From Octopus vulgaris (lineage: Eukaryota), in assembly GCA_951406725.2 (NCBI GenBank), contig OX597817.1, positions 161,944,001 to 162,008,000 on the forward strand: DNA of 64,000 bases. The letters are read 5' to 3'. The position numbers and the translations under genes are program-made. A model generated the notes under the pieces. It was not told where the DNA came from and made no database searches. It saw only the letters and a list, made by a program, of their open reading frames with translations. Of the stretch, positions 40,951-53,783 are shown piece by piece. Positions within the stretch are counted from its first letter, which is position 1, and each line of letters starts with the position of its first letter.

Positions 40951-41659
40951 TGTATTCTTTTTGGACCCACTTTCGTGCACCCATTCACAATATGCCATAC
41001 AGTTGACATACCTTATCAATCGCATTTAACCAGCACTTGTCACTTTCTATTGTACTGTCAGTCCTACATTTGGTGTAATACATCCAAAGTGGACACAAGT
41101 AAGAACCTATGAGAATGCTGCTACTATACTCTAGCGGGATTTGAACTCTGAAAGGAAAAAAGATTGAACAAACACCGAGTGGTATATGGTCCATTGTTTT
41201 TTCTTTGCTTTTGCTTTGATTGCGTGTGTGTGTGTGTGTATGTGTGCGCGCGCGCGTGCGTGTGTGTGTGTGTGTGTGTTTTAATTCTGATAATCTCTCA
41301 CTCTATATTGATACCGTTTTATCAACCCCGATAAGATGAAAAGCGGGATTTGAACTTATAGCTCAGAGAATAAGAAATAATTCAAATACTGCATGCAGCA
41401 CTGGATTAACTATTAAGCAAAATAAATACGTACTTAAGGCATCAAGGAAAGGTGGGGGCACTACAGAAATGGTAAATGGTCTACGGCACAAAAGAAATAG
41501 TTTTAAACTTGCTCTAGTAGTATTCAAAGTGGTTTATATGATCGGAAATATAATTTCGAAGTGTTTATTGTGTCATAGTGAGGATCTGATCAAAGACTTT
41601 GCAATTACAAAAAGTTGGAAGAAACTTTTCAAATATAAAATAAGGTGAAAGTATACAAA

Positions 41660-41792
41660 AACTAGAAAGGCAATCGGAGAGCGCAGACCACCCTAAGCAG
41701 CTCATTTCCACCCATATACACGCATGCTGAAAATCGCCCAATTTTCCAAACCAACGCCGGTAAAAACATAACTTCCTTGGCAGGGTTAAAAA
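41660..41792. mobile_element. Short Helentron-associated (HINE/DINE-like) element
   Basis: aactagaaaggcaatcggagagcgcagacc ... aacataacttccttggcagggt termini. Confidence 0.55.
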
Positions 41793-41874
41793 AAAATAAT
41801 ACAGTCATATGATTTTTTAAAAAAACCTTTAAAAACAGAAGCCATCTGAAGCAGTTATAATACATCAATGACAA

Positions 41875-42277
41875 CAGCAAGCTAGTTTCGTCATACATAC
41901 CTCCGCCAAGCAGCTCATTTTAAGATAGATACGCGAGTAAATTTTCTAATAGAGAAACAAAAATGAACTTTGGAAACAGCAACGCCACCATAGGTTCCGT
42001 GGAAACGATGAATGTGTTTTCAAGGGAGATAATCAAAGAACTAACATTGTAATACTTCATGTGAAGTAAATATAACAGATGAAAAATCCTTCAAGAATCC
42101 ATAAAAATTCTCGGATCACTACCAAAATTTCATCATCCGTTCTTTGTGTCATCAACAACTGTTCCTGTAAGTTTCATCAAATACCGTTCACAACTTTATG
42201 AGTTATTTTGCACCCAGACAGAAAGACGGACAAACAAACGCCGATGAAAACAACCTCCTTCCTTGGCGGAGGTAATA
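41875..42277. mobile_element. Helentron-associated (HINE/DINE-like) element
   Basis: Subterminal IR ACCTCCGCCAAG / CTTGGCGGAGGT, aagtttcatcaaa core, ACAG/ACAA repeats, 3' hairpin. Confidence 0.65.
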
Positions 42278-42372
42278 AACGATTTACATTCCTCTTACTG
42301 TTGTTAGTCTTGTTTCATTTTGAAAAATAAAAATTTGGTTTATGGTTTATTATTGTTTATATTTTGAATTAT

Positions 42373-42501
42373 AGGCGCAGGAATGTGGTAAGTAGCTTGC
42401 TTACCTACCACATGGTTCTGGGTTCAGTCCCACTGCGTGGCACCTTGGGCAAGTGTCTTCTCCTATAGCCTCGGGCCGACCAAAGCCTTGTGAGTGGATT
42501 T

Positions 42502-42563
<62 letters not shown>

Positions 42564-42793
42564 TGTATGTGTGTATATATGTTTGTGTGTCTGTGTTTGT
42601 TTCCCCAGAATCGCTTGACAACCGATGCTGGTGTGTTTGCGTCCCCGTAACTTAGCGGTTCGGCAAAAGAGAACCGATAGAATAAGTACTAGACTTACAA
42701 AGAATAAGTCCTGGGGTTGATTTGCTCGACTAAAGGCGGTGCTCCAGCATGGCCGTAGTCAAATGACTGAAACAAGTAAAAGAGTAAAAGAGT
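42373..42793 (+). mobile_element. SINE B nested in the hAT-like element
   Basis: Family match. Confidence 0.9.
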
Positions 42794-43549
42794 ATATATA
42801 TGAGAGTTCCAAAATCTTTCAGTGCTCAGGGCATCTACGGGCCATAGTTCGGCTCTGACGGCATGTTATTCCTTCCAATGACTGCGAATTTTCCTCCTAT
42901 AGGTCAAGGTCAGATATAGGGGCATGCAGCGTTGCAGTGCGTCACTGCATCTAACATTTGTCTATATTTGTTCGAGTCGTTCTGGGCAACCCTCAAAGCA
43001 GTGTCCTAGTCAGTCCCCATCCCCGCGATATACTTCAACCACTGTGACCATGGGGCATACGGTTGACCAACATGAGGCATCACCCCAGCTGGATCCTCAG
43101 AGAAGAGATCATGATACAAAGGATCCAACTCGGACAGTCGAGCAACATCACCGAACTAAAAACAAATAAAATTGAATTACTGTATAAAAATTGAATTATT
43201 TATCTTATTTATTGAATTCCTATTTGTAATGTAAAGGAAAATAAAGCTTGTGTTTTGATCAAGTTAATTTTATAGTCGGATAGAGACGGTAGGAAGAGAG
43301 GAAAATTTGTTAAGATTAGCAACAGATTTACGCAAGCCATCGGTCAGCGGAAAAGTTGCTTCTGCTGGAAACGTATTCAGATTTATGGACAGCAGTTCCT
43401 TCGGCCACTTGAAACTACTTACTTTTGGTCAGCTGAATCGCCTCCACTCATTACCTTAATGTATAAGGAAGCGGTTGAGTATTCCAGAGACACTTGTACT
43501 CTTAACATAATTCTCGTCAGAATCAGCACGACACAGTCTCTCTCTTTGT

Positions 43550-44010
<461 letters not shown>

Positions 44011-44104
44011 AGAAACAATTCAGAACAATATATGAGAGCAAAACATGTTAAATAAGCCAATAGTTAAATCAAATTCCCTCAGATTCTTGTTATTGTTGTT
44101 ATTA

Positions 44105-44530
44105 AAGCGGCGATCTGGTAGAATCGTTAGCACGCAGGGTAAAATGCTTCGCGGCATTTCGCCCGTCTTTACGTTCTGAGTTCAAATTCCGTCGGGGTTG
44201 ACTTTACTTTTCATCCTTTCGGAGGCGATAAATTAAGTACCAGTGAAACACTGGGGCCGATGTAATCGACTAGTCACCTCCCTCAATATATCAGGCTTTG
44301 TGCTTTTAGTAGAAAGGATTATTATTAAGACAGCGAACCGGCAGAACTGGTAGCACTCTGGACAAGATGCTTAACAGCATGTCTGCCTTTACGTCTGAGC
44401 TCAAATACCGCCACTTTGCTTTTAATCCTTTCTGGGTCGATGAAATAAATACCAGTTGAACATTGAAGTAAATGTAATCAGTTAGCCCTCTCTCCAAATT
44501 TGAGATTTTGTACCTGAAAGGGTTATCATT
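44105..44530 (+). mobile_element. Two tandem SINE A (A2) copies
   Basis: Family match, separated by attattatt. Confidence 0.75.
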
Positions 44531-46227
44531 ATTAATGTTGCTATGAATCGGATCAGAAGTTAATCTCTTTCTCCTCTCTTCATAGAACGCCAGTCTTTCA
44601 CGGGTTAACATTCTCAGATGATGTGATTAATAGCTGCTCCTAATCAAGCTAGATGACACCAAGCATGTGGAATAAAGTATTCGGACAACAGAAACGCAAT
44701 GGAAATGAAACGTTTCCATGTAGATTCGAACTCACGTTCCATAAGCAGCTACTTCAATAATTTATCAATTTCCGAAAACAATTATCTTTGTTTGCCACTG
44801 ACAACACTGTCACGCTCCATTTACCATGGAAGATGACAAGATAACGCTTGTATAGTTTAAAAGTGCCTGCTTTATTTGTGTTGTGAGTGAATGGAGTATT
44901 CATTCTCCGGTTGACTTGAGAGATAGCTGTGTCCACAATGTGCCTATAATTTATGTTTCACACTATTATTATTGAATACGCCATTTTCCAGCTCACATAA
45001 ACTGCCAACAGTAAAAACCCGCCCAAAACACAACTGTTGACACCATTAAGACATTAAGTGGTATATATAATCCGCCACACGGTTTAACACCATCACCACC
45101 ACCTGGAACCTTAAGTCCCTTAGCGGAGTCCACTCTGAAACAAGATATAAACCTTCAGCTCAGACTTCAGTCTGAGGTCAAAATTATGTCATGATTGGCT
45201 GTATCTTACTGCAGTAATCTATAAATTGTGGCCTCTTACTTCTGTTTCCCTCCACACCCAGTCTTAGAGGTTATGCAAAAGTTCGTGGGATAATGTGACA
45301 GTATCCCACGAACTGTAATATATGAAGAAGGATTCTGTCCTTCTTTGTATATTACTTTAAGTGATTTTTAATATTTTATACTTACTTAGCGCGCCGGGCA
45401 CGAAATTTTTTTCTCCACGAGAGTTCCGGACCCCAGTTCCGGATTTGCATAGAACCAACCAGAGCGCACCTTGACCTTGTTCAACTACGCAGAGGCAGCC
45501 ATGCGGATAACGAAGGATCATATACGTTCAGCCCTCAGATTATGTGTAGACGCAAAGCCCAACATAACATTCATGAATGTGTTAAAAACAACTAATCTAT
45601 TGGTAAAACACACTCTACCAAGTAAACTCAAGACGAAGAACGGTGTTGTAAGTCGGCCGATCGCCAGGTTATGCCTGATTTTAGAAGGGGACAAGTAATT
45701 AGATAGATTTGCATCTATACCTATTATCGGATTTTGTTAGGACCCCATATGGTAAAGATGTGGATGTGAAAAGTGTGAGTATTAAATCTTAGGGCCTGTG
45801 CTTAATGCAATTGAAATAGATGTATCTCTGGATGTGTAGAATAAATGATTGTTTGGTTAGCCATATTGTTTTGCTCGTATTCGTTCCAGTCATTGAACTA
45901 CGACCATACCAGGATGACAACATGAAGGACGTTGGTAAAATCAACTTCGCTCTTACATTTTAAACCTGTCTGCGATTCTATTGTCTTGATATTTTTCCGA
46001 ACCGCCAAATTAGGAGAATGCAAATAAACCTACCTTGGCTGTTCCCACTAGCAAAATGAAAATTTCCGTCAGTCATGAAAATTAGATCATTTTCAATAAT
46101 TTCGTTATTCAATTAACATCACTCCGCCTTTTGTAAGTGCTAATGAATACTGCCAGCTGTTTCATTTTCTGTCTCGCATGAAGACGAAAGTTTCCATTTA
46201 ATAACAAGCTTTTGTTCACGTCGTTCA

Positions 46228-46443
46228 CTGGGGTGCTGAAACATTCCTAGCTTTAAGGGTATCACAAAAGGCTTGGTTGGAGGCCCAACCTTCTGACTTC
46301 ATTTTACAGGGCTTAGAAAACCTGAAGGACTGCTGAAATAAGTGGGTGAATCTGAGAGGGGAATATGTTGAATAAAATCATAATTAATTGATCATCCTGT
46401 ATTTTCTTTTACCCAAGCCAGGAACTTTTCTGCACCCCCTCGT
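46228..46443 (+). mobile_element. mariner-derived MITE
   Basis: ggggtgctgaaacattcctagcttt / aagccaggaacttttctgcaccccctcg|TA; reverse copy of 22651-22858. Confidence 0.75.
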
Positions 46444-47005
46444 ACGTACGTATGTATGTATGTATGTATGTATGTATGTATGTATGTATGTATGTATGTA
46501 TGTATGTATGTATGTATTCGTGTCTCTGTGTGTGTGTGTGTGTGTGTACGTGGCGTGCTGGAAGGTTCAGCATCCCCTCTTGCCGTTCAAGAATTTGGAC
46601 CTGGAGATCTCCATTTCCAGCGACTTCGAGGGCCACCTCCCAGTGGTGTCGGGCGTCACAACAAGACGACCGAAGTTTTTTTTCCAAGGTCTGGGGTCTC
46701 CCACCCCTAAGCCCTAGACTATCACCTAATCACCCTTACCAGGTCTTGTTTCTTAACAACAACAACAACCACAGCATCTCCTCCTACTTAGTTCATTTAT
46801 GTCATTGGCGGTTTTTAGTTATATCCCTTCGTGAAATTGTATTTATTATGAGAATTACTGCTGTCAAATGTAACTCGTAATCCTTTTTCTGTATATATAA
46901 AAACCCATACTTATTGATCAAATGGCTTTGTTTATGCTTAAGTGCCGCTGCCGAAGTTGAGAAAAAAAACGAAACTTCTTCCTACCTATTCCTGTCACCG
47001 CCCCT

Positions 47006-47377
47006 CTCTTTTACTCTCTTTTATTTGTTTCAGTCATTTGACTGTGACCATGCTGGAGCACCGCCTTTAGTCGAGCAAATCGATACCAGGACTTTTTTGC
47101 CGAACCGCTAAGTTACAGGGGATATAAATACACCACCATCGGTTGTCAAGCGATGTTGGAGGGGAGGGGGGCAAACAGACACAGAAACATATACACACAT
47201 ACATACATATACATATATACGACAGGCTTCTTTCAGTTTCCGTCTACCAAATCCACTCACAAGGCTTTGGTCGGCCCGAGGCTATAGTAGAAGACACTTG
47301 CCCAAGGTGCCACACAGTGGGACTGAATCCAGAACCATGTGGTTGGTAAGCAAGCTACTTACAACACAGCCACTCCT
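47006..47377 (-). mobile_element. SINE B
   Basis: Family match. Confidence 0.9.
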
Positions 47378-47627
47378 AAAACAATTTCTCTTTAATATGA
47401 AAATTAAATTATTTAAATTCTTAACTGAAATTATCCATCCTATTTTTCCTTCGTGAGTCGCAACAGAATACCCCTAGCATTCAGCTTTCTTTCTCTAAGC
47501 TAAGTAGTAAATTTCAAATCATAAATACCTCTACTTTGGTGTACATTATTCCAGAATATTCTGAAAATACAACTTTCTGTGATGATTAATTTTATCACCA
47601 TTTCAGAATATACGGTGAAGTTGAGGT

Positions 47628-47668
47628 TTCACTGATGAGGTCAGAATAAGACCAAAACATGTCCTGAC
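47628..47668 (+). ncRNA. Degenerate minimal hammerhead motif
   Basis: CTGATGA-GGTC agaataa GACC-AAA-ACATGT-C; position G12 is A. Confidence 0.4.
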
Positions 47669-48260
47669 TTGTCTTGAAATACGACTGTACTTGCCAGGAA
47701 AGTGAAGATATTAGTCATTGACAATTATTGATTATTATTTTTATTCTTCATTGTTGAGATTACCACCTACTTGTAGAACGCGAGTTCGTGTCCACATGTT
47801 GGCGATTCGGTGCGGTTCTACAACGGAACACTTTATTCTACATCGTCTAATTTAATTCGGCGGTCGATAGGAACAGATTTCAGATCATCTAAGAACGTTA
47901 ACCTGTAATAGACTGGTGTTCTATCCAGGGAGTAGAGAGATGGATGGTCGCGACTGCAAAGCCTTTTGACCATAGGTCATCTCGCTCAGCGATAACCTGA
48001 AACTAAATGACAACAATATGATGCCTAACACAACAGAAAACCAACCACCACCACCACCATGACTACCACTCCGACCAATGGCACCCCACACAACATTCCA
48101 ATTACCATCCACATCATTAAAACGCCACCACCAAGGCTCTCTCTCTCTCTCTCCCTCTCTCTCCCTCTCTCTCTCTCTCCCTCTCTCTCTCTCCCTCTCT
48201 CTCTCCCTCTCTCTCTCTCCCTCTCTCTCTCTCCCTCTCTCTCTCTCTCTGTATGTATAT

Positions 48261-48528
48261 TTCTTTATTGCCCACAAGGGGCTAAACACAGAGGGGACAA
48301 ACAAGGACAGACAAACGGATTAAGTCGATTACATCGACTCCCCAGTGCGAAACTGGTACTTAATTTATCGACCCCGAAAGGATGAAAGGTAAAGTCGACC
48401 TCGGCGGAATTTGAACTCAGAACGTAACGACAGACGAAATACCGCTAAGCATTTCGCCCGGCGCGCTAACGAGTCTGCTAGCACGCCGCCTTTCTGCCAG
48501 CACGCCGCCTTATCTGCCAGCACGCCGC
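48261..48528 (-). mobile_element. SINE A with triplicated 5' tip and a 12-bp TSD
   Basis: tctgc(c/t)agcacgccgcct x3; ctgtatgtatat at 48249-48260 and 48529-48540. Confidence 0.9.
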
Positions 48529-48543
48529 CTGTATGTATATATA

Positions 48544-48905
48544 CTCTTTACTCTTTCACTTGTTTCAGTCATTTGACTGTGGCCATGCTGGAGCACAGCC
48601 TTTAGTCGAGCAAATCGACTCCAGGACTTATTCTTTGTAAGCCTAGTACTTATTCTAAGTTACGGGAACGGAAATACGCCAGCATCAAGCGATGTTGGGG
48701 GCGGGGGACAACACAGACACACACATATATATATACATATACGACGGGCTTCTTTCAGTTTCCGTCTACCAAATCCACTCACAAGGCTTTGGTCGGCCCG
48801 AGGCTATAGTAAAAGGCACTTACCCAAGTTGCCACGCAGCGGGACTGAACCCGGGACCATGTGGTTCGTAAGCAAGCCACTTACCACACAGCCACTCCTA
48901 CGCCT
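48544..48905 (-). mobile_element. SINE B
   Basis: Family match. Confidence 0.88.
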
Positions 48906-48908
48906 AAA

Positions 48909-48944
<36 letters not shown>

Positions 48945-48952
48945 TGTATGTA

Positions 48953-49336
48953 TACTCTTTTACTTGTTTCAGTCATTTGACTGCGGCCATGCTGGAGCAC
49001 CGCCTTTAGTCGAGCAAATCGACCCCGGGACTTATTCTCTGTAAGCCCAGTACTTATTCTATCGGTCTCTTTTGCCGAACCGCTATGTTACGGGGACGTA
49101 AACACACCAGCATCGGTTGTCAAGCAATGCTAGCGGGACAAACACAGACACACAAACATATACACACACACTTATATATATATACATATATACGACAGGC
49201 TTCTTTCAGTTTCCGTCTACCAAATCCACTCACAAGGCTAGTAGAAGGCACTTGCCCAAGATGCCACGCAGTGGGACTGAACCCGGAACCATGTGGTTGG
49301 TTAGCAAGCTACTTACCACACAGCCACTCCTGCGCC
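48953..49336 (-). mobile_element. SINE B
   Basis: Family match. Confidence 0.9.
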
Positions 49337-49484
49337 TATGTATGCATGTATGTATGTATGTATGTATGTATGTATTTATCCGCACGTTTCCAGTTAGACG
49401 GTGTCCCAGGACTGCCTTCCCTATACGTATCCCTCCGCCATTGATGAGTCACCCACCACAGCCGCCTTTTTCTTACTTCCCTAA

Positions 49485-49955
49485 AACCACCACCACCACC
49501 ACCACCACCACCTGAACCATCCCCCACTACCATCCCCGCCACTGCACCTCAGTTGCCACCGTCGCCCCAGCGCACTCCTTGTAAGAACATGCATCCTTTC
49601 CATCCCTTCCCCACCCCCATAGCAACATCGCCTCCTCCTCCTCCACCTCCTCGTCCTTCCCCTCCTCCCTTATCCCTCCCGTTCACATCCCCCAACTTCC
49701 CCAACCACTTCCTCTCCATGCACCAACGTCAATATCACAGGCGCCGATCACAGGCGCCGAATCCACCACCACCAAGACCACCACCACCACCACCACCGCC
49801 GCCGCCACTACAACAACCAACACCAACACCCACTACTACTACGTATAGCAACCCTCCTCCCACCTTCCCTCCTCCACAACTAGTTTCCACCTTCACTGCT
49901 AACTCCACTATTATACAGCAAAATACCTACTACTACTACTACTACTACCATCATT
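49485..49955. repeat. C-rich low-complexity (CCA/CCT/CTA)n region
   Basis: Seen directly. Confidence 0.8.
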
Positions 49956-50220
49956 AGTAACACTTGACTTTGAATTCCTCCATTTTGTGCATGCCTGCCT
50001 GTCAGTTGGTCTGAGAGAGGCTTTACGTTGAAGGTAATACAATGCAGAAGAAGAAATAGTGGAGCAGACGACAATATTTAGTTCCTTTTCCCGACATTCT
50101 GATTTCAAAACCCGTCAAGATCAACTTTGTCTTTTAATAAAAAATGGTTTTTATCGCAGATTCCCTGAATAATCTGTGGTTTTGAGGCAATTATTTAGCG
50201 GTTATTTAACCTCGGTGACA

Positions 50221-50905
50221 AGGCGGCGAGCTGGCAGAAACGTTAGCACGTCGGGAAATGCTTAGCGGTATTTCGTCTACGTTACGTTGTGAGTTCAAAT
50301 TCCGCCGAGGTCGACTTTGCCTTTCATCCTTTCGGGGTCGATAAATTAAGTACCAGCTATGCATTGGCGTCGATGTAATCGACTTAATCCGTTTGTCTGT
50401 CCTTGTTTGTCCCCTCTATGTTTAGCCCCTTGTGGGTAATAAAGAAAAAGGTATTTCGTCTGCCGTTACGTTCTGAGTTCAAATTCCGCCGAGGTCGACT
50501 TTGCCTTTCATCCTTTCGGGGTCGATAAATTAGGTACCAGTTTCGCACTGGGGTCCATGTAATCGACTTAATCCGTTTGTCTGTCCTTGTCTGTCCCCTC
50601 TATGTTTAGCCCTTTGTGGGTTGTAAAGAAAAAGGTATTTCGTCTACCGTTACGTTCTGAGTTCAAATTCCGCCGAGGTCGACTTTCCCTTTCATCCTTT
50701 CGGGGTCGATAAATTAGTACCTGTTACGCGCTGGGGTCGATGTAATCGACTTAATCCGTTTGTCTGTCCTTGTTTGTCCTCTCTGTGTTTAGCACCTTGT
50801 GGGTAGTAAAGAAATAGGTATTTCGTCTGTCTTTACGTTCAGAGTTCAAATTCCGACGAGGTTGACTTTGCCTTTCATCCTTTGGGGGTCGATAAATTAG
50901 GTACA
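50221..50905 (+). mobile_element. SINE A multimer (one head, three full units and one partial unit)
   Basis: Junction aaagaaa(a/t)aggtatttcgtc occurs three times. Confidence 0.92.
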
Positions 50906-50954
50906 TGCATGCACTAGTGTATATGCATGCACTAGCACTATAGTAGTAGTCTTC

Positions 50955-51087
50955 AATATTTTGACAATGTGATAGTTAATTTTAGAATGACATCGGAGAG
51001 TAGGTGGATGAAGCCAGATCTGGTCAGTTTAAGCATAAAACAGGTGGCCTACTTGGGCCGGATATAGGTAGTTTAAATGCTAAAGTG
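50955..51087. mobile_element. piggyBac-like MITE right half
   Basis: gtttaaatgctaaagtg|TTAA; homologous to ~7360-7487. Confidence 0.6.
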
Positions 51088-51281
51088 TTAAGATTTAAAG
51101 GATGGTGAACAAAGTAAGATTGCTTCCTTGACAGTATCGCTACCAAGCAGTTGGCCAGTGGAATTGACTCCAAATTAAAAAGAGGAGAAAACATATACAA
51201 TCATAAATACGTATACAGATACATGACATGCATCTGTACGAACTTAAATGCAGATAAGCCCGCATTTATACATACAGACGT

Positions 51282-51663
51282 GGAGGCGCAATGGCCCAGT
51301 GGTTAGGGCAGCGGACTCGCGGTCATAGGATCGCGGTTTCGATTCCCAGACCGGGCGTTGTGAGTATTTATTGAGCGAAAACACCTAAAAGCTCCGCGAG
51401 GTTCCGGTAGGGGATGGTGGTGATCCCTTCTGTACTCTTTCACCACAACTTTTTCTCACTCTTACTTCCTGTTTCTGTTGTACCTGAATTTCAAGGGTCC
51501 GGCCTTGTGACTCTCTGTGTCACGCTGAATATCCCCGAGAACTACATTAAGGGTGCACGTGTCTGTGGAGTGCTCAGCCACTTACACGCTAATTTCACGA
51601 GCAGGCTGTTCCGTTGATTTGGATCAACCGGAACCCTCATCGATGTTACCGACGGAGTGCTTC
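51282..51663 (+). mobile_element. SINE D head with the alternative tail
   Basis: First ~190 bp match 23682; the remainder matches the reverse complement of 24327-24480. Confidence 0.85.
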
Positions 51664-51815
51664 CATCATACATACAGACATTCGCAGATAGATATAATCT
51701 GCCCAGTTGCGAAAGTTTCACTCAAAATCAGCGAGGAAAAGGATATTTTGAAGCAATTTTGACGTAACCTAGCATTTCCCTACCCAGAATATAAATAGGT
51801 TATATGCATTTAGAC

Positions 51816-52182
51816 GCAGGCATGACTGTGTGGTTATGAAGTTCGCGTTGCGATCACATTTTTTTTGGGGGGGGGGGGGGTCAGTCCCACTGCGCAACCT
51901 TTTGAGTAAGCGGCTTCTACTATAACCCCAGACCTTGTGAGTATATTCGGAAGTCGGAAACTGTGTGGAAGCCTATAGTACATGTGTGTCCTTGTGTCTG
52001 CATTTGTCTCTTCCTCACCGCTTGACATACGGTATTAGTTTGTTTGCGTTCACGTATTCTAACAATTCAGCAAAAAAATAAGTACTAGTCTTTAAAAGAA
52101 TAACTCCTGGGGTCGATTTGTTCGACTAAAACTCTTCAGTGCAGTGCCTCGGCATGGCCGCAATCCAACGACTGAAAGAAGT
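51816..52182 (+). mobile_element. SINE B, diverged
   Basis: Family match. Confidence 0.75.
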
Positions 52183-52194
52183 AATTAGACAACT

Positions 52195-52598
52195 TTTTAC
52201 TCTCTTTTACTTGTTTCAGTCATGTGACTGTGGCCATGCTGGAGTACCGCCTTTAGTCGAGCAAATCGACCCGAGGACTTATTCTTTGTAAGCCAAGTAC
52301 TTATTCTATCGGTCTCTTTTGCCGGACCGCTAAGTTACGGGAACGTAAACACACCAGCATCGGTTGTCAAACGATGTTGAGGGGACAAACACAGACACAG
52401 AAACATATACACATACATACATATATACATATATACGACGGGCTTCTTTCAGTTTCCGCCTACCAAATCCACTCACAAGGCTTTGGTCGGCCTGAGGCTA
52501 TAGTAGAAGACACTTGCCCAAGGTGCCGCGCAGTGGGACTGAACCCGGAACCATGTGGTTCGTAAGCAAGCTACTTACCACACAGCCACTTCTGCGCC
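52195..52598 (-). mobile_element. SINE B, full length
   Basis: Family match. Confidence 0.92.
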
Positions 52599-53095
52599 TA
52601 TGAAAAAATAAATGAAAAAATAAAAGATTTTATCTTAGTTGCATACTTCTCGGTTGCATTACAATGTATTTGTGTAATATTTTGGATATGCTGAGATTTG
52701 GTTTGGGGTGAATATAGAGATTGTCCAAACTGCAATTTAAAAATTCAATCTGTAAGCGGAACAGTGCAGATATGAAAGAATTTAGTGAATTCCAGATAGT
52801 CACTTTTTTACTGCTGTTGTTATCTAAATTCTTACGACGTAGGGGGCTCTGTTTTCTTTCTTATAAAAACATCCACTTCCCCCTAGGAAGAATTCAAAGA
52901 ATTTAAAATGGAAGAGAATACATACATACATACATACATACATACACTAGTGACAGACAAATATACATATATACGTTCACACACACACACACACATGTAT
53001 GTATGTATGTATGTATGTATGTATGTATGTATGTATGTATGTATGTATGCATGCATGCATGCATGTATGTATTTATATATGTATGTATTTTACTT

Positions 53096-53134
<39 letters not shown>

Positions 53135-53227
53135 CTCTCTATATATATATCTGTCTGTCTGTCTGTCTATCTATTTATCTATCTATTTCTATCTCTATCT
53201 GCCTTCTCGCTCTTTCTCCCCGGTCTC

Positions 53228-53262
<35 letters not shown>

Positions 53263-53375
53263 TGGTTGCGTGTGTGGTTGTGTGCGTGTATGCGTGTATG
53301 TATATGCATACATAAGTATGTATGCATATAAATATAAATATGTACACTTACATACACATACACATATACACGTAT

Positions 53376-53410
<35 letters not shown>

Positions 53411-53413
<3 letters not shown>

Positions 53414-53783
53414 GGTTCCGGGTTCAGTCCCACTGCGTGGCATCTTGGGCAAGTGTCTTCTGCTATAGCCCCGGGCCGACCAATGCCTTGTGAGTGGATT
53501 TGGTAGACGGAAACTGAAAGAAGCCTGTCGTATATATGTATATATGTGTATGTATATGTGTGTGTTTGTGTGTCTGTGTTTGTCCCCCTAGCATTGCTTG
53601 ACAACCGATGCTGGTGTGTTTACATCCCCGTCACTTAGCGGTTCGGCAAAAGAGACCGATAGAATAAGTACTGGGCTTACAAAGAATAAGTCCCGGGGTC
53701 GATTTGCTCGACTAAAATGTGGTGCTCCAGCATGGCCGCAGTCAAATGACTGAAACAAGTAAAAGAGTAAAAGAGTAAAAGAG
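53411..53783 (+). mobile_element. SINE B lacking the A box
   Basis: Family match. Confidence 0.9.

Larger units (their letters stand above)
41396..42857 (+). mobile_element. Non-autonomous hAT-like element with nested insertions
   Basis: 8-bp TSD ACTGCATG/ACGGCATG; CAG...CTG termini; residual SEDLIKDFAITKSWKKLF resembles a hAT transposase C-terminus. Confidence 0.65.

Noticed and set aside
42870-43160. ORF 42924-43169 as a gene or RT remnant
   Set aside because: Only a faint resemblance to RT motifs; not supportable by eye.
46550-46745. GC-rich stretch as an exon or LINE ORF1 piece
   Set aside because: No recognisable motif or splice signals; left unassigned.
49553-49957. Proline-rich ORF (extensin/formin-like)
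   Set aside because: C-rich low-complexity sequence, non-ATG start, no domain or splice evidence.
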